Assembly (NCBI GenBank): GCA_030324005.1
Contig: JARDVH010000084.1
Location: 41,623,208 to 41,687,207, forward strand
Reading direction: 5' to 3'
From: Negaprion brevirostris
Taxonomy: Eukaryota
DNA: 64,000 bases
Each line of letters starts with the position of its first letter. Positions within the stretch are counted from its first letter, which is position 1. The notes below the pieces were generated by a model. That model was not told the DNA's origin and did not search any database. It was given only the letters and a program-made list of their open reading frames with translations. Positions 50,792 to 62,629 of this stretch are shown here, one piece after another. The position numbers and the translations under genes were made by a program.

Positions 50792-51512
50792 NNNNNNNNN
50801 NNNNNNNNNNNNNNNNNNNNNNNNNNNNNNNNNNNNNNNNNNNNNNNNNNNNNNNNNNNNNNNNNNNNNNNNNNNNNNNNNNNNNNNNNNNAAGACCTCC
50901 TCCAAAGCACTTCACGGACAATTAATTATTTTTTCAGGAAAACTTAAAGATTGCAGTGTTTATTCTGTTCCTAGAGATGTCTCGGAGTGCTCAAAGGTGG
51001 GGGAAGCAAAAAAAAGGGGCTGTCAGTCACACGGTTGGGAAGGAGCTTTTGAAAGGAAGGAGGATAAGTCAGAAATGTTGACGGAGGCAGTCACTGTGGG
51101 CAGGATTACCATTGCTTGAGTGGTCACTTGACTAATGGTATTGTCGAGATTAGATTTCCTACTGGAGCACCAGATTTTTGGAATAGAATATTTCAGCTTT
51201 TATAATCTCCACTGAACTTAATTTCTGAACTAACTGTGGCACTTTGGAAGGAAATAAGAGGGGAAAGCATGCCTTCGCTATTTGTTTACATCTTCCAATA
51301 CCTGGCTTACGATGGCTTATTGTTGAAGCCTAGGCAGAAGGCAGGCTTAGTCATAGCAAGGCATGGTGATCAAACGGATTTGGGGAGAAAAACACTTAAC
51401 GATACTGCTTAATTATTATCTAACTTTTTAAAATGAATTGTTGAGTGTACTTTATCTTGAAGAATTGAACCGAAATTGTGTTTGTTTCTTGTTCATTCCT
51501 CCCTGTGTTTAG

Positions 51513-51686
51513 GTGCTAGAGAACTATAAGGATAAATTTCTGCCTGTGACTGACCCAATGTATGAGACCACTCAGTTTGTTTTCAATCAGCTAGTTGAAA
51601 AAAACAAAGATATCCCAGGAGTTTCTGAAACAAAATGGAGTATTAACGTTGTTGAAGATCCAGAGATAAATGCTTTTGTCATGCCG
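51513..51686 (+). CDS. OMA1: OMA1 exon (VLENYKDKFLP...KWSINVVEDPEINAFVMP)
   Basis: gtttag acceptor, CCG|gtaaga donor; 174 nt; peptidase M48 INAFVxP motif. Confidence 0.96.
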
Positions 51687-53626
51687 GTAAGAAAGAAATC
51701 CTGAAAAAGCTTCAGGCTAAAAATGTAAACATTTAATACACCACATTAGCAGTTTTATTGGGGACTTTGACTGTATCAGAGTTATATTATGTAATTCAGT
51801 TATGAATTCTGCATTACAATTGAAAAATAATTTCCTTATTATATCCTCCTGTGGTTTACTTGATAGTATTACTCTGCAGTTATTAGGTCATTACAATGTT
51901 TAATCAGTGAAATGTCTCCAACATTTCAGCTTTTGTTAAGTGTTCAACTTAATCAGTCCCATATTCCACTTAATTTGGAATCCCTACAAAGCTATGCTCT
52001 ATGCTGATTTATACACTCAATCAAGACAATAAGTGCCAATTAGAATTTTGTACTAAAATATAGCTGAAAAATATATTTAATCAACTCCTTCTGGTGACAG
52101 TAATTGTAAATTTTAACAGTTACCATTAATTATCTATAAATGCAGGGAGTACAATGCCCCAGTGAACAGGTCCACATCATTAAGAAGGGGGTAGAGTTTC
52201 ATTATCAGTCTCTCCTGTATTGGCATGTTCCCAATCCCAGATTGTTGGGCCTTTTCTTGCAGCATGTGCATCTCTTAACAGAGGTGAAGATTACGGGAAA
52301 GAGAGTGTCCTTGAACTAGAACCTAATTTACTCTCGAAAACAGTACATAAAATTTAGGATTTCAGGATGTTATTTGGATCAAATGTACGAGATTGCAAAG
52401 TTCTATCTCAAGTTAAATGTAATTATAGTATTACAACAATCAAAATCTTGTTACACAGAGAAAATAAACCTCAACATCTGATGTAGTATTTCCAATCTGT
52501 AAAACTAATCTAAATATGAAATTGATTGCTCACTGGATACAGGTCAGTGACCCATTTCCTGTGTTTGTAGGACATGATTGGCTGGGAGAATTGGGAATTA
52601 ATATATATGATAGCTAAAAATAGAACAACTAATGATTATGCTGCCAAAATCATTTAACAACTGTGCAAGCTTCAATTGACATTCAGTACTCAAAAGGATT
52701 GACCTGCACCATTTCATTTCAGTCATGTGTGCCGGTGGCAAAACACTTGCTTTGGCTGTTTTTCTTTGTGCTTACGGTTGTGTTTCTTGACTATTGATTG
52801 CTACCATAGCCTGACCACATTTACTAGATGGGATGGACAGATTCTGTGTGACATGCACTGATTTCAAACTGACTCACTATTGGTGGAATTGAGAATTCAC
52901 TGCCCTAAAAATATTTTGATCCTGAAAAAAGATTATTTTAAAAATTAAATGAAGAAAATTATTCACCATTAAAAATAAATTAATCTGTACCTGATGCACG
53001 TGGTTGCATTGTTAACTGGATGGGACAGGTTTTCTGGTCTTCAGTTGACATGTCTTGTCTATACACCTGATGTATGTTAATTTTACAGAATTTAAATGCT
53101 AGTTTGTACAGCCAGCAGAGGAATCCTAGGAGGATTGAAGGAAGGAAGCCTGTGCAGGCGTTCATTGCACGTGGTTGTGCATAAGTTTGATGAACACAAA
53201 GAACAATACTTTACAAAAAAATATTTTTTCTGCAAATTTGGCAGCTGTCTTTTTTCTCCCACTGCAGCTCAACTTCCTTGCATAAAGCTAGAAGATAATC
53301 ACTTGCAATTAAATTCAGACTGAGCAGGAGGATATCTCTGTGACAAGCAGAGGTCCTATTTTGCAGTTGATGTGCATCATTAGGAAATTCAGGCCAATAG
53401 TTTCTATCCTTTCTTTCCTTCAAACCTACCAAATAACATCATGAAATATAAGTGATATTGTATAGCGCATGACTGTGCTCCAATCAGAAACATACCTTCG
53501 GCCCAGTTCTTAGGTGTGAGGTTGGCATTCTGACCTGTGATTGCTGATTCTGATTGAAGTGGGCAGCATGCAAATTTGGTGTGCCTGCCTCATCTGCATG
53601 ATTATAGCATGTAACCAATTGGGTCC

Positions 53627-53822
53627 AAGAATTTAGCATGGCCAATGCACCTAACCAGCCCATCTTTTGGACTGTGGGAAGAAACTGGAGCACCCAGAGG
53701 AAACCCATGCAGACATAGGGAGAACATGCAGACTTCGCACAGACAGTGACCCAAGTCGGGAATCAATTCCGGGTCCCTGGTACTGTGAGGCAGCAGTTCT
53801 AACCACTGTGGCACCATGCTAC
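53627..53822 (-). mobile_element. V-type SINE, 3'-truncated
   Basis: Reverse head gcatggtgccacagtggttagaactgctgcctcacag. Confidence 0.85.
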
Positions 53823-54549
53823 CCCCCATCTCTGTGCTCAGTGGGAGGCCAATCAGCATTTTGCAGGTGCCACATAGAGCAGCCAATTTCTTCTTCTGAA
53901 AGGCAGGCTGTCAATTTTGAAAGAGAACTGTACAGAATAATATTGGTGGAATGTGAATGCTGGAAAATTGACCATCAACACCAGAGAGTTCTCAATTGTG
54001 ATGGATGCAAGGTTGGAAGCATTAGTTGTGACCTGGGCAGGAGAAGTGATACCTTTGTTCTGTTGAGGACCAGGAGGCCCCATAGATGACTTTCAGAAGA
54101 TGTGAGTGGTTGTTAGGGAAATAAATTCCCATCATCTGTGCCCCAGGATCTTACAGCATTGCATGGGTGGTCAAGGTCAGTTAATTCAGCTTCACGTAAC
54201 ATCTCCTACCCACCACCCCAGCAGTTTCCCACTCTGCTCAATACACCATATCACCTTCAGTTGTCCACCAGTAGGCCCTGGCACAATGGCGCATATCTAA
54301 TAACCAGAAACTCCATCTCATCTCAGACATCTAACAATGTTACTGAACTCACCAGCACCTCTCACTTCCTGCAGTTACTTTCAGCTATTCAGTTAAGGCA
54401 GGAACATCATCCAAATACAGGGAGTTGCCACACAATCTCTGCCAAGGACAAGGGGACACATAATAAAAGGGAACAGAGTAGAATTGATGGGGAGACAAGT
54501 ACTCCTTCATCTTCTATGGAGGGAGTATTTTTCAGCATCATTTAAAAAA

Positions 54550-54910
54550 ATCATTCATTCATGGGAAGTGGGCATCACTTGCTGGCCAGCATTTATTGCC
54601 CATCTATAGTTGTCCTTGAACTGAGTGGCTTGCTAGGCCATTTCAAAGGGCAGTGCAGTGGCTCTGGGACCACATGTAGGCCAGATTAGGTAAGGACAAC
54701 AGATTTCCTTCCCTAAGGGACATTAATAAACCAGATGGGTTTTTCTGACGATCAACAATAGTTTCATGATCATCAGTAGATTCTTAATTCCAAATGTTTT
54801 TTATTGAATTCAAGTCCCAGTATCTGCCGTGGCAGGATTTGAACCCGGGTTCATTAGCTGAGTTTCTGAATTAATAGTCTCACAATAATGTCATTAGGCC
54901 ATTGTCTCCC
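54550..54910 (-). mobile_element. tRNA-derived SINE, near full length
   Basis: Reverse head gggagacaatggcctaatg...cccgggttcaaatcctgccacggcag; (gaat)n tail. Confidence 0.8.
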
Positions 54911-56466
54911 GTCGTGGTTCCAGTGGTGATAGAGTCTGTGTCCACCATGTCTCAGAGAACTTGAAGAATGGTTGCAATTTGCTGCCTTATATTTGTCCTC
55001 CACTTACATCTCATCCTGCTAATTGACATGACAAACAAGCTGCAGGTGGTGTCACCCACCCAACCCCATTTCCTAAGAATAATCTGCCCCTTCTGATTTG
55101 AGACACCCAAGAACCACTGCCTACCCATGGAGGAAGAACACCAATGAAGAGGTCCTCATCCTTGAACTTACCCTCATGCCCACCAGCTCCAAAAATGCCA
55201 TTGCATTTACTTTGGTGGCTACTATAGAGTTGACATCAGCATGTGGTGAGTCATACAGGCATGACTGGACACCAACCAGGCCTTGGGTAAAGAACAATTC
55301 ATTTGCCAGTTTCCTAAAGAGCAAGCTTGCAGACAGTATCTGCTGCAAAGAACTCAGTTGAGGACTTCATCAGGGTGACACACAGGAGAGCGTGAATGGA
55401 TGCACTGGCTGGCCTGCTGAAAAGCATCCTGTCATGATCAAAGAGCATATAGGAGTGCAGCTCCAAGTTGGCAGAGGGTGTGTCCCAGGGTTTCACCTCC
55501 GCAGCCTCTGCTCCATCTTGCCCATTGTCCTGTAGACCCAGAGCCAATGACACGGCTGCCCTGCACCCACTGCCCCTTACTTATTCAGCTTTTATGTGGA
55601 CAGATGACCACATCTGCTGTCCTCCCTGTCAGGATGCAGTAATATTATCTGACAAATCTAGGAACTCACCACAGCACCACCAAAAACTCTCGAGTACTTT
55701 TGGACACCTTGCAATAACCAAAACTGAAAAAGTACCTCGCCTGCAATTTGAGTGACTAGCCCTTTATGGAATGCTAGGACTGGACTCACCTTGGATCTCT
55801 GAACCTGTTGTTTGCAGTGGTCCGGGTTGATGTGTGACATCAGGATAGTGCTGCTTCATAGGCTGACGATGCCTATGTGGGTCTTGCTTTGAAGAAATTG
55901 AGTTGGCAGTGACCAGCAGTGCTATGCACCACACCAAAGTGGCACTGGGCCTCTGAATTACCACTTCAGACATTGCTATGGAAATTAATTTTGCACCCCT
56001 TGGTTTTAGGATGATATCATAACTGTAGAACTTCTACTGTGTACCTTAAAGTGTGCTTTTTTTTTTGAAATTCACTTCACCATTTGTTACCTTGTGGGCT
56101 GGTTAATTTTCCCCATTTCCCTTCTCACTCTCCCAACCACAGATTGTGTTCCATAAGATTAGTCAGTCCTGGGCATTGTGCAGAGATGAGCAACAATTTA
56201 CCATGAAAGAATTTGAACCAAACTGATGGCTAGTTTATTTCATCTCCAGTAACAAGGAAATTTCAAACCCTCTAGATTATCATGTTACACCATATAACTT
56301 TTAATCTTCAAAACAGCTTGAACATAGCTAAAATTTAGTGGATTATTGTTAGTTAAAATATTGAGAGGCTCATTTAACATTAATTTAAATTGTCAGTTTT
56401 TAGTGCCTTCCATCACTAATTGATGTTGTATGCCTTTCTAATTGAATTATTTTCCTTTTCTCATAG

Positions 56467-56574
56467 AATGGACAGGTATTTGTTTTGACTGGGCTGTTCA
56501 AAGCAGTAGCAGACACTAATCAACTGGCATGCATTCTAGGTCATGAGATGGCTCATTGTCTCCTTGCACATGGG
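56467..56574 (+). CDS. OMA1: OMA1 catalytic exon ([36 protein letters not shown])
   Basis: tcatag acceptor, GGG|gtgagt donor; 108 nt; HEXXH zinc motif HEMAH; not in the ORF track. Confidence 0.97.
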
Positions 56575-57169
56575 GTGAGTGCAACTTACTGCTGTCAATT
56601 GTTTGAATCATAATGTATTCACAAATTAACTAAGACCTTAGCCGAAGGAAACATCAATTTTACCATTAGAATGGGGCATCTTATATATTCTAGTGAAATA
56701 AACTTAACACCTGGAAAAATTATTGGTCAGACATGATTTGGGCTTCATTCAATATTCAAATCTAGTAGCAGCTGGAAAAACATTTGGCATTGCTGTAGTA
56801 AGAGGGTTTGGCTCACAGCAGTATTATAATCAACATTTGAGTTGCTAGTTTACATTACTTATACACATAACGATGCACCAAGCAGTATCACCTCAGTACT
56901 GGTACTTACAATTAGAGAAGAACAAAATCTAACTAGGAAAGTATTTCTGTAGTTCTTGATCAATTTTAAACAAACTAAAGATAGCCTTGCATATTGTGGT
57001 AAGTAGCATCAATTTTCAGCTTTTTGTCAAACTGTCCAATTTGACCCTGAGCTGCATTTCTGATCCCATAATTTCTACATTACCAGGGCTATCTACTTTC
57101 ACTTCTTTAATACTATTTGTATCAATCTGCTATTCAGCTCAGTTTCTCTGCAGCCAAAACATTTGTAGC

Positions 57170-57645
57170 CTCTAAACTACTCTATTCCAATGCTCTCCTC
57201 CTGGCTGGCCTCCCACCTTGCATACACGGTATACTTGAGCTCATCTAAAACTCTGCAGCCTGTATCCTCATTCATACCAATTTGCCAGCCCTCAAGCAGG
57301 TTGACCTACGTTGGCTGCTGGCCTGCAAATGCCTTGATTTGAAAATGCTGATCCTTGTTTTNNNNNNNNNNNNNNNNNNNNNNNNNNNNNNNNNNNNNNN
57401 NNNNNNNNNNNNNNNNNNNNNTCACCACCTTCTCATCAGCTGCTTTGGCCCTAAGTTCTGAACTACCCTCCTGAAAACTCTCTGCCTGTACCTCTGCCCT
57501 CCTTAAAGAAACTTTTAAACCTACATCTTCAACCAAGCTTTTAGATACCTGTCTAAATATCACAACTCTGGCTTGGTGTTAAGTTTTGCTTGATTCATGT
57601 TCCTGTGAAGGGCTTTGGGATATATTACAATGTTAAAGACACTAC
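57170..57645 (+). mobile_element. L2-type LINE 3' fragment
   Basis: tattccaatgctctcctc..ctggcctccc, aaaactctgcagcc, tgtgaagggctttggga...gttaaagacacta tail. Confidence 0.75.
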
Positions 57646-57769
57646 GGGTGGGATTTTCTGACCGTTCACACCTGCGGGATTCTCTGGTCTTGCTTCAGTG
57701 AATGGAGTACCAAATTCTCCGTCCTTGCTGGTAGTGATGAGGGGCATGAGTGGCTGGAAAATTCTGACC
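57646..57769. mobile_element. 124 bp MITE (Tourist/Harbinger-like)
   Basis: Imperfect about 27 bp TIRs gggtgggattttctgaccgttcacacc / ggcatgagtggctggaaaattctgacc, flanked by tac/tat. Confidence 0.6.
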
Positions 57770-57780
57770 TATATAAATGC

Positions 57781-58224
57781 CTGCTGCAGTGTTCCAATGA
57801 AGCTCGATGCAAACTTCAGGAAAAGCACCTCACCTTTTGTTTGTGCACTTTGCGGCCTTCGGGACTCAACATTGAGTTCACCAATTTCAGACTGTAAACT
57901 CTTGTCTCCCATTTTGTTTCAGTTTCTTCACATGTTTCAGTTTTTCTCCTCTTTGTTTCAGATAGTATCACAGTTGCTTCAGGATTATCTTTTGTTTCTT
58001 ATCTTGCCAGATTACCATTCTGTTTGGCCCCATAGGGCTATCACTTCTGTCATTGAATCTGTGCAGTCCTCCACCCTGCCATGTCCTTGTTCCACCCACC
58101 CCTTGCTCAAAACTTCTTATAACTCTCACTTTACCCAGCTGTGATGAAAGCTTATTCACATGAAATATTAATTCTGTCCTACAGATACTGCCTGACCTGC
58201 ATTCCAAGCATTTTCTATTTTTAT
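57781..58224 (+). mobile_element. Penelope-like insertion with a 12-13 bp target-site duplication
   Basis: ctatataaatgc at 57769-57780 and 58226-58237; 3' end acagatactgcctgacctg...gcattttctattttta. Confidence 0.65.
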
Positions 58225-58439
58225 ACTATATAAATGCAACTTGTTAGGCGGTAAGCTTAAAAATGAAGCAAATTTATTAAAATTTACATTGCCTGTTGTA
58301 GCTTCCACAAAATTCTGTGTATTAAAGTTGCCACACCGATCAAAATTTTGGTGAAGGCTAATTCTTATAACAACCAGAAACTGGACTCCTGCAGACCTTC
58401 AGTTGAGGTTTTTTAATGGTATACCAGTCAACTTTTATT

Positions 58440-61100
58440 GATTACCTAGTTTTGTTCTTCCCCACAAGTGGAAACATTCTGTGACCACTTTATGAAAACC
58501 TTTTGTAATTTTAGAGACCTCTGATCACCACTTCATCTTCTCTTTTCAAGAGAAGAAGGTACCCAGTCTTCTCAACCATTCCTGGTAAGTTTAACCTTAC
58601 AGTTAGGTTTCATCCTTGTAAGTCTTTTTGAACCCTTTCCAGTATTACTATATCCCTTTTATAATATTGCAACCAAAACTGCACACACTACTCCAAGGTT
58701 AAACTAAGGTTCAATACAAATTTAATATAATTTCTCTACCTTCCAGTGCTCAATAGGGCCGTAAAGAAAATCCAAACCAAACACTAGTTCCTCTAGTGTT
58801 TGGTTTGCATTTTCTTTATGGCCTTATTGACTTGCATCACAGCTTTTAGTGATTTGTGTATTTGCGCTTCCAGATCCATTTGTTCCTCTATCGCGTTTGG
58901 ATTCCTATTTTCTAAGTAATGTGTAATCCTTATTTTTCTTAATAAAATATAATATCTCATGCTTAGTTAGATTGAAAAGATCTTTCCAATTACATGCCCA
59001 TTTTGTTAATGTTTGTATCATTTATTAATATCTTGTAATGTATTTTGGCCCATCTTGGTGTCAGCTATCCCTCCCAATTTAGTGTTGTCTATAAGTTTAG
59101 AAATTGTGTTTTTGATTCCAATTTCTAAACCATTGATATAACTTGTAAACAATAATGGTCCCCTTATTGATCCGAAAGAGACCCCACTTTCCACCTATGC
59201 GGTCTTAATTGCTATCATTTACCCCCTACCTTCTTTGCTTTCTATCTTGCAGCTAGTCAGCTATCCATTCTGTTAATTGCCCCCTGCATGTTATTCGTTA
59301 GTCTATTATGTGGTACCTAGTTAAGGGCCTTTTGGAAAGTTGGATACATTACACCAGCTGCAGAAAGTCAGTTACCTCCACAAAGAAATCAGTGAGGTTG
59401 GTCAAGCATGGTTTTCCCTTTTGATATCTATGTTGAGTGTTCTATGGTTTCTAAGTGTTTTTCTATTTTCTTCTTTTGCAGGAATTTTATTATTTTCCGT
59501 ACTAGCAATGTTAAGTGACTAGTCCATAGTTAGCTGGACAAGTTCTATCTCCCTTCTCAAATTAAAGTATAATGTTAGCTCGCCACCTGACTCACTATCC
59601 CACAGTCCTATTTCCATCTCGACCTTCATATTTTTATTTGTGCCTTTGGAATGTTTTACTATCTTGTCTTATATTCTTTAATTTAGTTTTAGAATTCCTG
59701 TTTTGCTTCCTAGTTTATTTTTTACTTCGTTCCATCCCCTCCTATTCTCCCTTGTCATGCTCTTCCCCTGCTGTCCATGCATATAATCTATATCTCTTTG
59801 CTTACTGTCTGTTTTTTCCAAATGTCTTTATTTATCCCTGGAGTCTCGTTGGTTTTTAAGTTTTTGTTTTTAGCAGAATGTATTCTCCTGTGCTTTGTTA
59901 AACACTTTAAAATATTTCCATTGCTGTTCTACATCAAAAACAAGAGGGCAAAGATTTGAAGTGATTTGCAGAAGAAGCAAATGTGATGTGAGAAAAAACC
60001 TTTTCACACAATGAGTGGTTCAGATCTGGAATGCACCGCCTGAAAGTGTGGTAGAGGCAGGTTTGATTGAGGCATTCAACGAGGGCTTTAGATTATTATT
60101 TGAGTAGAAACAATATGGGGAAAATGCATCTGATTGTGGCCTCAATTCCACTCTCCTTCCTACTTCATACATCCTTTGACTCCCTTGTCAATTAGGAATC
60201 TATCTAACTCAGTCTCAAAAATATTCAATGATCCTGCCTCCACCATTCTTTGTGGAAGTGATCTACAGATTCGTGACCCTTTGAGAGAAAAAAAACTCAT
60301 CTTTGTCTTAAATGGGAGACCCCGTAGATTTTAAACTCTCAGAAGGAGAAACACCCTTTCAACATTCACCTCATGAAGTCCCCTCAGCATCTTAACATGG
60401 TTTAATATGGTTGCCTCTCATTTTTCTAAATTCCAATAGATACAGACTCAAACTGTAATTCTTCAAGTTCTAATCTCAACCCCTTAAAATCAACCTTTCT
60501 GCAGTCTATTAAAATGAGGTTTGTCATGTTAATTCTCAGTTATTATTTTAAACTATGTATTATGGTCGGTATTGCATAGATGCCCTCTACTTTTACTGGT
60601 CTGTTCTAGTTCATTCCCCTTTACCAGATCCAGCAGTGAATCCTGTCCTGTTAGACTTTTTGCAGACGAGCTTAGAAAGGAGTCCCATATTGCACATGTT
60701 CTAGCCAACTTATTTTAATGTACTTGAAATTTTCTATCAATATTATTATATGCTTGTTCATTTGTTTGCCTATTTCTTTGTTCACCTCTATTTTCAGTAC
60801 TTGCTGGTTTGTAGACTGCCATCGTACGATTAATTTTTTAAATCTTTTATCTCTCTTCATATGGATTCGATTTCTGTCTTACTAATGTCTGTCACTTTTT
60901 CCATAGCCAATATCTTATCTGTAATAAATACAACTAATCCAGCTTACCTTTTGCCCCTCTGTATCTTTTCTAAATATGTTATAGCCTGCAATGTTTAATT
61001 CTAAGGCCCATTTTTTCTGTAGTCTTATCACAGCAATCCCAACTCTGCCTGGTTCCTCCCAGTTATCGTCTCCAGTTTCCCTGCTTGTTACAAACACTGC
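58440..61100 (-). mobile_element. Cluster of degenerate CR1 fragments (mostly minus; one plus-strand 3' piece at about 59940-60120)
   Basis: RT-like blocks 58440-59520; RKNLFTQ.VVQIWNA on plus; endonuclease remnant ELNIAGYNIFRKD at 60915-61097. Confidence 0.7.
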
Positions 61101-62500
61101 ATCTGTTGATTTGCATACAGTTTAAATCATTTTAGTATTAATTCCTTTCTGTTTCTTTTAATTATACTTTTACACTCCTGTTTTATTAAAATTTATACCT
61201 TGGCTATTTATGTGCTCCTTTAGCAGTCTGTCCCATGCTCTCCTTTCTGTTTCATTTATATTTAAGCTTGCTTCATTTCTTGAAGACCCTTCCTTCTCCT
61301 TACTAGTTTAAAATATTTCCCCTATTTATCATTTTTGGAATGACACTGATCACACTGCAGTTCAGGTGGAACCTGTCATATTGTGTAACATTGTCATCTG
61401 AGGCTAAGCTGGTAGCCTTATTCCTGAGTCACAAGCGTCTTGGCTCATATTTTGATTCACATTTGACACAAAGCGTTATTTCCTTTTCTCTGTCCACAGG
61501 TGCTGCCAAACCTGCCGAGTTTGTTCACCACTTACAATTTAAAGATACTTTGTTGTCTATTAAGCACATTAGAATCATCGCTATTTTAGCTTCAAATTAA
61601 CTGCTAATTTCTACTCACAGAAGCCACTGTTTTGATAAATGTCCCTTTCACCTTTCTAGTGTACGGTTTCCATTTTCAAAGATTTGTCTTTGATTACTCT
61701 TGTCACAATTACTAATTTTTCTGCCTATGTTAATTTTAAAAACTGCATCCCCTCCTAAATCTTGTTTCAATCCACTTTTGCCTTTGGCTGTTTATTACCT
61801 TATTCTACCTTTGCATTGAATCTAAATATATTCTGGTCAGTGTTTTGCAGTTGCCCTCCTACTCTCATATAGTTTCTCAGCAGTGCTTTGAGCAACGCTT
61901 CTTTCCTTGTTGCAGTACAGTGGGGACACACAATCCATATTGGTCTTGGTTGCATTCTAAAAAAAGCATTCCTTTATTCCAGTATATCTCAGAATAGTTC
62001 AAACCACTCTATGTTATTGACTGTTTTTCTGTCATGTTAAAAAAAAAGAGTAACATTTCAGTTCATTTACTGAAATAAAAGGGAAATCTGTTTTACTGTG
62101 TAAGATGTTGAAATATAAAGACTATTTTTGAAGAAGTTGATTGCAATATCAGTTGTGTACTCAAGGTTTTGTAGTTTGGTTTAGTTAATGACCAGGAAGA
62201 CCTTGCTACAGCACTATTTTAGGTCCTGGAATCAACACAAGTATAATACAATTAATAGATTTAATTTAATCTTTGATGAGTAGTGAGATTCATTTACATC
62301 AGATAGGAGCAGGTCGGTGTTAGTAGACAGTATAATGAGGCAGTGGAAAATCTGGATAATTGGAGTGTGGATAATGAGGTATTACACATGCATAGAACTG
62401 ACGGTTATAATGATATTTATATGAGTACAATTTGTTTTCAGTGAAATGAATAACCACTAACTTATCAAGATGCTGGTCATGTGATGTTGTTGATTTACAG

Positions 62501-62629
62501 GCAGAACATGCGAGTATAATTCAGCTCCTAGATTTTGTGTCTCTTGTTTTCTTGACTCTGATCTGGGCTGTATTCCCACGGGATAGTCTTGCTGCTCTGG
62601 GACAGTGGATCCAAGGCAAATTGATTCAG
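62501..62629 (+). CDS. OMA1: OMA1 exon ([43 protein letters not shown]); gene continues beyond the window
   Basis: tttacag acceptor, CAG|gtgaga donor; 129 nt; matches human AEKAGMVHLLDF...[22 protein letters not shown]. Confidence 0.96.

Larger units (their letters stand above)
53460..56115 (+). mobile_element. Decayed PIF/Harbinger-type transposon with Myb/SANT-like gene remnant; contains two SINEs
   Basis: Remnants DARLEALV (about 54004), PRILQHC, KGTHNKREQSRIDG (about 54450) resembling K.AHN.RE...TGGG; right end ggctggttaattttcccc. Confidence 0.5.

Noticed and set aside
57698-58144. 148 aa ORF
   Set aside because: Runs across a MITE, an L2 tail and a Penelope-like insert; no protein features
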